This document shows positions 47,854 through 58,277 of a DNA stretch of 64,000 nucleotides, piece by piece (within the stretch, counting starts at the first letter, position 1; each line of letters starts with the position of its first letter). The notes beneath the pieces were generated by a model. It was not told the origin of the DNA and did no database searches. It saw only the letters and a list, made by a program, of their open reading frames with translations. Made by a program: the position numbers and the translations under genes. The stretch comes from Azolla caroliniana (lineage: Eukaryota > Plantae > Polypodiophyta), in assembly GCA_043228905.1 (NCBI GenBank), contig JBHGNT010000011.1, forward strand, positions 4,464,001 to 4,528,000, written 5' to 3'.

Positions 47854-49372
47854 GGTACGACTCGATGCCACGGGATGGTATGGGACGCCGATCGAGGCTC
47901 GAGTCCGTCTCGGTCCCTTCGCTCGGGGGTGGTCGGGTGGATCGGCACCATTCTTTCTCTCTCTCCTTTCTATCTATCTATCTTTTATCCTTATGATATA
48001 CTTACATTAGATCATATCTCTAATAATTGACATCTTCATTGTTAATGGGTTGTTGTACATCATTTCTAGCCTTGTACTTTCTTTCTCCTCAAACAACAAC
48101 CCACTCCACGCCATCACATCATCTCTCTTTCAACTGGCATAAGAGCGAGAGGGTTTCATTGTTAAGAATTTTTGTCTCATCAAGTGATTGTGCACACAAC
48201 AACATGCGATTTTATCTTTTTTGGTGAATTTGTTTTTTAAACTATAATTTGCAAACATGACTATTACCTCATCTAATCTCAAAAGCTTGTTTGAGATCAA
48301 GAGATTTCAAGGTAGTGGTTTTCATTTATGGAAAGAGAGAATGTTAAGCATTCTCTTTCTTAAAGATTGTGAAGGGGCACTTCTTGAAGTCAAGCCTATG
48401 TAAATCAAGTACATCTCATATGTAAGTTGGTGTGTATGAAACTTGATGAGTCAAAAAGTGTAGTTGAGCACTTATCTCCCTCTACAACTACTCTCTCATT
48501 ATTACAAGACTCTAGATTACCTCCCTTTGATGAAGCAAATAACAAGTTTAAGGAAAAGGCCAAAGAGAAAGCCAATGTAACCTCTACAGTCATCGTTGAG
48601 GAGCCATCAAATGTAGAAGATATTCTTTGTGCTACCATGACAACAAATCACGCTGAAGTTAATGGTGCTTCTATTTTTATTGAAGCACAGGATATGCAAA
48701 TTACAAAGAGAAATTTAATTGATGCCTTGCTTACACTCAATGATGCTTTGCCACAAACATGGATCAAGTGGATTTAGGTACATCATTCCTATTAAAAAGT
48801 GTTTTACTACCTTTCATGCAGGCAACCATGTACATGTATATCTTGGAAATAACCATGCTTGTTCTATACAAGGTATTGGCGTAATGCATATCATTGCGAA
48901 TGGGCTACCTCAACTCAAGAAGGCAATAGGCAACCGAGATGTTGTATTTGATGAGCCAAGTGTACTTAAAAATGATTGTGCCTCTAAGTGTGACCATATA
49001 AGAGTCAAACTTAAATATGATATGAACCCTTGGGATGCACCTCGTTTGGTTGGAAATAATATTGAACTAGTGGTTATTGAGCTAGATATTGTTGGACAAC
49101 AAAATGACACTCCTAATGGGTACATGCAACTACCTACTCATGCTGAAAACAAGGCTAGAAATGATGTACAACAACCCATTAACAATGAAGATGTCAATTA
49201 TTAGAGATATGATCTAATGTAAGTATATCATAAGGATAAAAGATAGATAGAGAGAAAGGAGAGAGAGAAAGAAGGGTGTTGATCCACCCGACCACCCCCG
49301 AGCGAAGGGATCGAGACGGACTCGAGCCTCGATCGGCGTCCCATACCACCCCCGTGACGTTGAGCCGTATCT
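47854..49372. repeat. Inverted repeat of about 220 bp (47854-48075 and 49149-49372) flanking a collapsed copia relic
   Basis: Direct reverse-complement match. The spacer holds copia gag and protease remnants (RFQGSGFHLWKERM, VYLGNNHACSIQGIG). Confidence 0.9.
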
Positions 49373-50793
49373 GGTGTTGGCGTGCTCGCTACAAAAGTGG
49401 ACCCACCACGAAATAGAGTGTCGACGTAGTCAAAGAATGATCAAATGAGGGTAGTTATGCCTCATATTTATAGCGATACCCAAGGGCCCCATGCAAGTTC
49501 ACACTTGGCCTAATGGGTTGTCTCAATCCCGAGGATTAATGTAATCCTCCCTTTCTTTACACTCTCGTTTAACCCTCACACTTATCCACGTGTATAGGAT
49601 TTTAAATTCTCGGATTTCTTTAGTACGCAAATTTTTTGTTTTAACATCAAGAATTCTTTCTGGTACATGTGGTTTAGAAGATAATTCTACAGAAGTAACC
49701 ACAGTTTCAATTGTAACTGTATTGTTGCCAGAACCTAGAAGTTCTTTTAGACAACTTACATGAAAGACTGGATGAATTTCAACACCGTCGGGAAGAGCAA
49801 GACAATAAGCTAATGAACTAATGCGTTTGAGGACTGTAAAAGGTTCACAAAACCGTGGGGCTAACTTAGCACACTTACCCGTAGACAATGTCTTAGAATT
49901 GTGAGGTACACGTAAAAATACCTTCTGTCTAGGGTTGAATACACAAGGTTGCTTATGATGATCGACATAAAAACATGCTCTATCTTGAGTTGTTTTTATA
50001 TTATCTCGTGCAATATGCAACATATCTTGCATATCGCGAAGAAAGTTTTGCATACTTCGCAACTCATCATGATGTATATTAATATCAATCGGGACTCGTG
50101 GCTGAAAACCATACATCAAAATAAAAGGACTATATCCCGTCGATGTATGCTTGGAGCTGTTATAAAAAAATTCCGAAATTGGGAGATAACGTTCCCATTT
50201 TGTTGGTTTTGCACAAACGTATGCTCGAAGCATGTCCTCAATAATTTGATTTATTCGTTCTGTCTGTCCATCGGATTGAGCATGATTCGTGGAGCTCATG
50301 CTCAACGTAGTTTCTAACTACTTAAAGACTTGCGCCCAGAAGTCACTAGTAAACTTTAGATCTCAATCACTCACGATATCCATCGGCAACCCATAAAAAT
50401 GAAATAACTCGTTAACGAATTGGTAAGCCAATTCAGGAGTTGTCAACCACAACCCATATGGCATCATGACCTTTTTGGGTGCAAGGAAGGCTAACAATAA
50501 AATCCATGGATATACTTTCCCATTTATTATTGGGAATGTCCAATGCATGTAAAAGTCTTGCGACTTTAAGTCTCTCGGCTTTGTTAACCTGACACTTGTG
50601 ACATTTAGTCACATAGCTATGTATGTCAGGACGCATCTTAGGCCAATAGAATTGAGTGGAGATGAGAACGAGTGTACGATGTATTCCAGGGTGCCCTATT
50701 GAAGGTGCATCATGGCAAATCTGGAACACAAACCTTCCCATTACGGTAGAGCAGACAGTTGGCAATGTGGAAGTATTCCTTTGAGGATGTGGT
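49218..50793 (-). mobile_element. Degenerate gypsy (chromovirus-like) integrase region and partial 3' LTR ending at 49218
   Basis: CHDAPSIGHPG, WESISMDFI, SDGQTERINQ, IHPVFHVSCLK and PERILD. LTR with TATA ends ...tacttaca on the minus strand. Confidence 0.85.
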
Positions 50794-50802
50794 TGTCATG
50801 AG

Positions 50803-50863
50803 ATGGCAAGACTCGAACCCATGACCTTATGGTATATGGGTCGAGCTCTTAACCATCTCACCA
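50803..50863 (-). promoter_or_regulatory. tRNA-derived Pol III A/B-box cassette at the U3 edge (homolog 46978-47038)
   Basis: Reverse complement TGGTGAGATGGTTAAGAGC...AAGGTCATGGGTTCGAGTC. The homolog reads TAGCCTAATGGTAAGAGC...AAGGTCATGGGTTTGAG. Confidence 0.7.
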
Positions 50864-51291
50864 TCTATTGTAATTCATAGAATATTATTTTCATTTATGT
50901 TTTATTATAAGAAAGTAATGTATATTCCAGATTTCTCTGGAACATTCTAGAAGCTTCAGGATTATTCCTGAGAACACTATAAAAGAAGGCACTAAGCATT
51001 ATGTTGAACCAAATTGGTTCAACACCAGTCTTAAGCCTCTTAGTCGATTTGTACTTATCTTTCATATAATATAAGAGCTGCTGTCATCATCCTATTTCCC
51101 TCTCTCTCTCCTCTTCTCACTTCCTCTCTCTCGGGAATCTTACGCAGTCCCGTCCTCTTAGTACTAATAGTACTACTCTTCTTAGTACTAATTCCATCTC
51201 TGTTTTAGTACTATTCTGACAGTTTGAACCAATTTCCTTCCTCTAGCCTACTTGTCACTCTCCCTCATCCTCCTACCCTTTCCCCTATACT

Positions 51292-52449
51292 ATGGCTACT
51301 GTTAGCGCCCAAGAATACCAATCCGTTTTCTCCGAGCTACAGTGCCTAAAAGAAAAGTTTGTTGCCTTGGAACAAGAAAACCAACGGCTGATAGGGGATC
51401 TGCAACAAATCGCTCTAGAAAAACAACAAACGCAACAACAACATGGGGAGTTAGCGTTACGGGTACAACAACTCGAAGCAGCGTTGCAACAACAAGGATC
51501 CAGTCCTCAAGGATTTCATAAAGAGCCCAAGATTGGACTTCCTGTGAAATTTGATGGAACGCGTTCGCAATTTCGGGGATTCCTTAATCAGGTACGCTTA
51601 GTCATCCAGATGCATCCTTCCCGATATCCCACTGATGCATCTCGAGTCGGCCTAATAGGCACGCTACTTAGCGGCTCAGCCTTGGCATGGTTCGCTCCGC
51701 TTCTAGAAAAACAATCGCCCTTGCTTAATAACTTTGAAGATTTTATTGGTGAGTTTAAAGCCTGCTTTGGAGACACCGACAGCATCAGGACGGCGATCAA
51801 CAAGATCCGGCGATTGCGTCAAGGCGATCGTCCAGCCTCTGCCTACGCGGCGGATTTCCGCCTACTTGCTTCAGATATACCCTGGGATGATCAAGCACTA
51901 ATGGAGCAGTTTCGCTATGGCTTGCGAAACGATGTCAAAGATCTACTTCTAACTTTCCCCGAAGAACCAAAGTCTCTTACGGAGGCAATCAGTCGAGCAG
52001 TTCGATGTGACAACCGCCTTTTTGAACGGCGTTCAGAACGTCAATTACAGATACCACGCTCTAGGCCAGAGCCCACTTACGCCGCAGTCGCGGCTAAACC
52101 GTTTGCACGAGACATACCTCAAGCAAATACTTCGACACCGATGGAGATCGATACCATGCGTCGACGCGGCCCGTTATCGGAAGAAGAAAAGCAACGACGA
52201 CGTGCCAATCGATTATGCCTTTATTGCGGTGGACCAGGACATATCGCCATCAATTGTCCCCATAGGCCAAGAAGACAGGTAAATCAAATTGTCGCCTGTA
52301 CTAAACCTGAGTCAATTCTTCCCTTCGGAGTGTCTGATAGTAGTAATAGTACTAATAGAGTGTCAGATAGTATTCATAGTACTAATAGCCCAAGTATCTC
52401 AAATAAATTTGAAATCCTTAGTCAATTAGATGAAGAGTTAAACGATTGA
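51292..52449 (+). CDS. Gypsy Gag (PEG10/Tf1-sushi-like, coiled coil, CCHC knuckle)
   Basis: EPKIGLPVKFDG, FRYGLRNDVKD, PMEID and CLYCGGPGHIAINCP. Confidence 0.93.
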   Translation: MATVSAQEYQSVFSELQCLKEKFVALEQENQRLIGDLQQIALEKQQTQQQHGELALRVQQLEAALQQQGSSPQGFHKEPKIGLPVKFDGTRSQFRGFLNQVRLVIQMHPSRYPTDASRVGLIGTLLSGSALAWFAPLLEKQSPLLNNFEDFIGEFKACFGDTDSIRTAINKIRRLRQGDRPASAYAADFRLLASDIPWDDQALMEQFRYGLRNDVKDLLLTFPEEPKSLTEAISRAVRCDNRLFERRSERQLQIPRSRPEPTYAAVAAKPFARDIPQANTSTPMEIDTMRRRGPLSEEEKQRRRANRLCLYCGGPGHIAINCPHRPRRQVNQIVACTKPESILPFGVSDSSNSTNRVSDSIHSTNSPSISNKFEILSQLDEELND

Positions 52450-53889
52450 GTCCAGCCAAAATAGGAGCCATTTGGTTGGACAGCAGCCCTAGATCTGTAC
52501 AGCCCATTAGTGGTTCCATTCCTTCCAAGCAAGTTAGCAATGTGTTCCTAGCCCAAGTCATTGTTAGTACTAAAAGTACTCCCCCAGTACCCGTCCTAGC
52601 ACTTTTAGATTCCGGAGCTAATTCCTGTTTCATGGATCGAAATTTTGCCCAAGCTTCTCAGATATCCTTAAGAAAACTTCCTTGTCCCGCATCTGTAGTG
52701 GTCATTGATGGTCGTCCCATTGCTTCCGGGAATATTGTAGAAGAATCAGAACCCATTCAAGTTGTCCTAGGTAGTTTTGTGTGTATAATATCATTTAATA
52801 TAATTAGTAGTCCAGAGCATCCCATTGTCCTAGGATTACCTTGGCTTGAGTTACATAATCCAGCCATAGATTGGAGAACAAGAGAAGTCCGATATCGACC
52901 ACCCCAAGAATCAACTCGCCGAGTTTCGACCATTTCACTCCATCAACTACGCGAAGAAGGACCCAAGGAGGCAATGTTCCTATTTTCCATATCAGTACAT
53001 CCTTCCAGCACTATTAAGAAGGACTCCTCAGTACAACTTCCGGCAAAATATCATCCTTATGCCGATGTATTTGACAAGGTAAAAGCCGGTACCCTTCCTC
53101 ATCACCGTCCCTATGACTGTCCCATCGATCTACAACCAGGAACCGAGCCACCATGGGGACCAATTTACAACCTGTCACCCACCGAGTTAGAAGTCCTTCG
53201 AGCCTACATAGAGGAGAACTTGGCAAGCGGGTTCATCCGTCATTCGAAATCTCCGGCCGGTGCACCCATCTTCTTTGTCAAGAAGAAAGATGGCTCACTT
53301 CGTCTTGTCGTTGATTACCGCGGATTAAATAAAGTCACCATCCGGAATAGGTATGCACTTCCTCTTATATCAAGTCTTTTAGAGCGAGTTAATGGTGCCA
53401 AGTTTTTTACTAAAATCGACCTACGCGGAGCGTATAATCTCGTGCGGATCCGACCGGGAGATGAGTGGAAGACCGCTTTTCGCACGCGGTATGGGCATTT
53501 TGAGTATACTGTTATGCCGTTTGGCCTAACCAATGCACCCGCAGTCTTCCAACACATGGCAAATGATATATTCAGAGACCTCTTGGATATCTGTTTGATC
53601 ATTTATCTGGATGATCTGTTGATTTATTCGAAGACCCAGGAAGAGCACGACTCTCATGTACTATTAGTACTAAAGCGACTCCGCGAGAATGGTCTTTATG
53701 CCAAGCTAGAAAAATGTAGCTTTGACTGCAAGCAAGTGGAATTTCTAGGCTACGTCATCTCCTCAAAGGGCATCGCCATGGATCCAGCTAAGATCCAAAC
53801 TGTACTAGAGTGGCAAATTCCACGGTCGGTACGAGATGTACAATGTTTTCTAGGTTTTGCTAACTTCTACCGTAAGTTTATACAGGATT
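52434..53889 (+). CDS. Gypsy Pol (protease, RT), partial, in the -1 frame relative to gag
   Basis: ALLDSGANSCF, KIDLRGAYNL, MPFGLTNAPA and YLDD. Confidence 0.92.
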
Positions 53890-53989
53890 NNNNNNNNNNN
53901 NNNNNNNNNNNNNNNNNNNNNNNNNNNNNNNNNNNNNNNNNNNNNNNNNNNNNNNNNNNNNNNNNNNNNNNNNNNNNNNNNNNNNNNNN
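53890..53989. other. Assembly gap (100 N)
   Basis: Run of N. Confidence 1.
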
Positions 53990-56900
53990 ATTGGGTAAAA
54001 TGTTGGGATATGAAGCCCTACCAATCACTAAAACTTGGAGGGTAGGGCGTGACACCACTAGGAAAAGAGCTTTAGTTCTTCAATTTAAGGACTCGGAATC
54101 TAGAATCGCCTTTTTAAAAAGAGACCAATTCTTCGAGGATTGGGCGGGGAGCCCATCTACCTCGATGAAGACTTGACCAAGATGCAAATTGAGCATCGTA
54201 AAACTTGTATGCCGCGAGTCATACAAGCTCGTAAAGAGGGGCATCGTGCCTTCTACCGAGACGGACGGGTCATAATAAATGATCGCGCTGCCAATTGACG
54301 GCGTGTGGCCCATGTGACAAATAATAGACTTAGGATGAGTTTATGGAATTGTAACGGTGCACTTTGGACACACCCTGGCCGTCTAGAGGAGATTTTGAGG
54401 GTATCTGATATACTTTTTTTGGTAGAAACACATCAAAGTCCAAATCGAGGATTACCACGAGTTGATGGTTTTCGTTGGGAATCTGTCTTTAGACAAACCT
54501 CACGTCGACACACTACTAGAGGGTCTGGAGGGGTTGCGATATTATTTCGGAGAGAGATACATAGTAGGATAGAAATACTAAAGAAAGACCCAGAAGCCCG
54601 TTTTATGTGGGTGAAAGTACTCACTAGCAAAGATCAGGTGATATTTATTGCCATTTGTTACTTCCCCCCGAAAGGATCTCGGTATAATATGGCTGGAGTG
54701 GCGAGTATAGTTGATGAAGGAACGCCACATGGGCCTTCTCCATACGAACCTTTATCGGATGACATAATCCGATATTCTTCTCAAGGGGAAGTCTTCCTTG
54801 TAGGAGATTTCAATGCGAGAACCCAATCCCGCCAATGCACAATATTTCAGATGGATAGAAACCTAGAAATGGTGAATGTCGACCCTTTAGCCTTAGGCAT
54901 AACACGTACATCAAAAGATCAAGGTGCGGACGCCACAAGCTTTGGCCATCATCTGCTTGAACTTGGAAGCCGACACCAGATGATCATATATAATGGCTTA
55001 GCCAAGTGGCCGGGCTCGGAAGAGCTCACATGTTTCCCACATGGAGGAGGGGAAAGCACAGTTGATTACCTAATAGGACGCCCTGAAGCTACCCACATGG
55101 TTAGCTCCTTCCGGGTGGCCCCATGCCCCATTGGCGCAGACCATAGCTTCCTATACTTTGAGCTAAAATGTGACGCCTCCCACGCCACCAACTCTAGTAA
55201 ACCAACCCATCGCACTATAATACATTTCACGCATGAGCTCGCTGACATCTATTCTCGACATGTTCAAGCGCATCTCTCCTCTTTTGATTCTTCCTTGCCT
55301 TTAGAGCACCTCACTACAGAACTCACACACATCCTCCACTCAGCAGCAACTAGTAGCTTCCCATACACGAAAGACTCCAATCATAGTAGAGTTGGGTCTA
55401 TGCCACAGAACAAGTGGTATGATGAGGATTGTAGAGAGTTGTATAGACAACTTAAAGTATCGCGGCTTAGTGGTACTATTTCCTCAGTACAGGCTCGCAA
55501 AGAGATGCGCAAGATGACACGTCGTAAAAGACGGGCTTGGGAAGCATCTCAATATTGGGAACTCTACCATATGCTCATGAGTAGGGATTGTGCCCTCGCA
55601 TGGAAGAGGCTACGGGAACCGAGACCACAAACACCCATCGAGGATCCCAATATTTGGCACACATATATTGAGAGACTCTACCATGTCCCGAACCAACCAC
55701 CCATTCCAATGCCCTCCACACCTCGACCTACCATGGGGACACTTTTCACGACCTCTAGGGTCACGAAGGTCATCAAAAAATTACAACATAGGAAATCCAT
55801 GGACCACACAGGATTGTGTGCCGAGCACATCATATATGCTCGAGAGTGCCTAGCCCCCCTTCTCGCTCTAATCTTCAACCGCGCCCTCGCCGAGGGTTTT
55901 CCACCACAATGGGCCATGAACACAGTGGCCCCTATACATAAAGGCGGGGACTCAATGGACCCAAATACATATAGGACCGTTATGATAGGTCATACGCTCG
56001 CTAAACTATATGGTGCAGTAATGGAAGCGGAGCTCAGTGATTATATGGAAACATTAAGTCTTCGAGCACCTGAGCAAGCTGGCTTTAGACGAGCCTTCTC
56101 CACTATTGACCATATCTTCACACTCAGGTGCTTAATTGACCAGACAAAGGCTCGTAAGAAGAAACTATATTGTTGCTTTGTGGACTTTCGCAAGGCCTTT
56201 GACACGGTTCCTAGGGAAAGGTTGTTTGATAGACTTAAGAGCTTGGAGATACCAGATGACATGATCTGGGCCATTTATGCCCTATATGAGCAAGTCTCTG
56301 GGTGTGTAAGATGCCCAGGTGGCCTATCCGATTGTTTCACTAGCACCATTGGTGTAAAACAGGGTTGCCCCCTATCACCGACTCTTTTTGGGATCTACAT
56401 TGATGAGATCACTGATTTTATTGCTCGTAAGGGAGGCAAGGGAGTAGCTATTGGGGAGACGCAAGTTAGTCTCTTACTCTACGCAGACGACATTGTCTTG
56501 CTCTCAGAGTCGGAACACGACCTACAAAAGCATCTTAATGCCCTGGATGACTTTTGTACACAACGAGGACTGGTAGTGAATTTAGCGAAAACTAAAGTCC
56601 TTATCTTTCATACATCGTCCCGAGTTAGGAGTCAATGTCACCTAATCCTCTCTCATAAACCAGTTGAGGTAGTGGGATCGTATGTATACTTGGGAGTCAC
56701 CTTTAGTGCTCGCTCAGGTAAATTCTCGATGACCCAGGCAGCCAAAGATAGGCTAACGAGAGGGTATGCATCCCTCTCGCTCTTAGAGAGACAATGCCAT
56801 CAGGCATACTTTCAAGAGCCACGGACTAAGGGATGGCTTTTTGACTCATTAGTGACCCCGTCCCTCATGTATGCATCAGTAGTATGGGCTCCAGGTTTAC

Positions 56901-58277
56901 CATCTTTCATGTGGACGCAATTAGAGAGACCTTTAGTGACAATGTTATCACGTCAACTCCGAAGCAAATCGACAGTACCACATGACATTATTAGAGCTGA
57001 GTTCAGTCTACCCCCGATGTTAGTAGAAGCACTCTTTCAAGTGGTAGTTTTTATTCATCGGATACATAGCCAACCACAAGATAGGATATCCCGTCGAGCC
57101 TTTGAGGCGTCTCGATCTTTATATGTGTCTGGCGACACTAGCTCTTGGTATAGCATCGTGGTGAGTTGGCTCCGTGCGAACGGCATAGACATTAATAACC
57201 TACCTCCCCTTAAGTACAACCATGGGACTGATCAAACTTTAATCTCTCACGAAGATCGTAATAAAGTGATACGCCAAGAAATATGGCAAATTTACACTCG
57301 ATACAAATGGATCACCCCACGAGAACCACTCCCATCTAAAATGGTGTACTATAAGGAACACTTCTTGCGCTTCTCTACGCTAGGCTTTATTACACGACCA
57401 AGATATTTAGATACATTCTTATCAAATGCACTAAGGGTGGCCATTGGACAACTTAGGATATCATCTCACCAACTTGAGATTGAGAATGGTCGGGCTAATA
57501 GAGTCCCTAGAGAGGAAAGGTTATGTAGGTTATGCCACATAGAGATAGAGGATGAGTATCACTTCACATGCAAATGCCCAACTTATGCCGAGATACGAGC
57601 GGAATACCAAGACATACTAGGACCCTCTCCCACCCTCTCCAAACTATTAGATACCCCGAATGTAAAGAGACTAGGTAGATATATCTTAGACCTAAAACAA
57701 CATAGGGAGAATAAATTACAAAGTGCTAACGATAACCCTCTTAGTATTCATCACCATGTAACTAGTGTAATTTTTCAGGAACAAGGGGAGACGATGAATG
57801 TGGATACACTTACGCCGCTCAGCCTCTCCCTTGAGGAAGCAGAAATGCAAAGAACAACGAAACGCCCTCGAATGTTGGGCTTCAAAACAAGTCAACGTGG
57901 AGTAGACAAGATTAAGAAGATAAGGGAACGTGAGCTACGTCGACTAGAAGCTATGGTTGGGGTACCTCTTACATGGGGACCACGGGCCACATCCACATCG
58001 CAACCCTTTGACCTTCCGCTTCTTTTCGAGAGACTTGGATGGAAATGAAAATAACAATTGTATAACACCATTTTCATTGTAGTAGAACATGTTTCTATAT
58101 AAAACATGTTTGTTATTTTTTAGAACTATTTAGCTTAAACTCTATTTTTCATCTTATTTTTATTTTTACTTCGATGAATGGGTAAATATCCCATTTTTGT
58201 TGTAAACCATTTGTCTCATGGGCCAATTTTGGCCTTAGAAGACGTTAATATATCTTTCTTTCTTTCTTTCTTCTTTC
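53990..58277 (+). mobile_element. Non-LTR retrotransposon (RTEX/L2-CR1-like LINE) with a (TTTC)n tail
   Basis: ORF1 C-terminus (IYLDEDLT...FYRDGRVIIND, stop 54296-54298, one apparent frameshift in the A-run at ~54116), intact ORF2, 3' UTR ending in TTTC repeats. Confidence 0.88.
54299..58048 (+). CDS. LINE ORF2: AP endonuclease, reverse transcriptase, C-terminal CCHC-type zinc finger
   Basis: WNCNG, LVETH, GDFNAR, VDY, DH; FVDFRKAFDTV, GVKQGCPLSP, YADD, YLGV; RLCRLC..EDEYHFTCKC. Confidence 0.95.
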   Translation, partial: RRVAHVTNNRLRMSLWNCNGALWTHPGRLEEILRVSDILFLVETHQSPNRGLPRVDGFRWESVFRQTSRRHTTRGSGGVAILFRREIHSRIEILKKDPEARFMWVKVLTSKDQVIFIAICYFPPKGSRYNMAGVASIVDEGTPHGPSPYEPLSDDIIRYSSQGEVFLVGDFNARTQSRQCTIFQMDRNLEMVNVDPLALGITRTSKDQGADATSFGHHLLELGSRHQMIIYNGLAKWPGSEELTCFPHGGGESTVDYLIGRPEATHMVSSFRVAPCPIGADHSFLYFELKCDASHATNSSKPTHRTIIHFTHELADIYSRHVQAHLSSFDSSLPLEHLTTELTHILHSAATSSFPYTKDSNHSRVGSMPQNKWYDEDCRELYRQLKVSRLSGTISSVQARKEMRKMTRRKRRAWEASQYWELYHMLMSRDCALAWKRLREPRPQTPIEDPNIWHTYIERLYHVPNQPPIPMPSTPRPTMGTLFTTSRVTKVIKKLQHRKSMDHTGLCAEHIIYARECLAPLLALIFNRALAEGFPPQWAMNTVAPIHKGGDSMDPNTYRTVMIGHTLAKLYGAVMEAELSDYMETLSLRAPEQAGFRRAFSTIDHIFTLRCLIDQTKARKKKLYCCFVDFRKAFDTVPRERLFDRLKSLEIPDDMIWAIYALYEQVSGCVRCPGGLSDCFTSTIGVKQGCPLSPTLFGIYIDEITDFIARKGGKGVAIGETQVSLLLYADDIVLLSESEHDLQKHLNALDDFCTQRGLVVNLAKTKVLIFHTSSRVRSQCHLILSHKPVEVVGSYVYLGVTFSARSGKFSMTQAAKDRLTRGYASLSLLERQCHQAYFQEPRTKGWLFDSLVTPSLMYASVVWAPGLPSFMWTQLERPLVTMLSRQLRSKSTVPHDIIRAEFSLPPMLVEALFQVVVFIHRIHSQPQDRISRRAFEASRSLYVSGDTSSWYSIVVSWLRANGIDINNLPPLKYNHGTDQTLISHEDRNKVIRQEIWQIYTRYKWITPREPLPSKMVYYKEHFLRFSTLGFITRPRYLDTFLSNALRVAIGQLRISSHQLEIENGRANRVPREERLCRLCHIEIEDEYHFTCKCPTYAEIRAEYQDILGPSPTLSKLLDTPNVKRLGRYILDLKQHRENKLQSANDNPLSIHHHVTSVIFQEQGETMNVDTLTPLSLSLEEAEMQRTTKRPRMLGFKTSQRGVDKIKKIRERELRRLEAMVGVPLTWGPRATSTSQPFDLPLLFERLGWK

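Larger units (their letters stand above)
50794..53889 (+). mobile_element. Young Tcn1-like Ty3/gypsy: 5' LTR 50794-51221, gag and pol, cut by an assembly gap
   Basis: TGTCA...TGACA LTR homologous to the LTR at 46969. Gag and pol are intact up to the N run. Confidence 0.93.

Noticed and set aside
47854-49372. Pack-MULE or other TIR transposon
   Set aside because: No TSD seen, and the arms consist of an LTR end plus its flank
52446-54176. Single 576-aa Pol with a novel C-terminus
   Set aside because: The ORF crosses the 100-N gap, and the distal part is LINE ORF1
58178-58277. N-terminus of copia Gag as given by the ORF track
   Set aside because: This stretch is the LINE 3' UTR and tail fused in frame by chance
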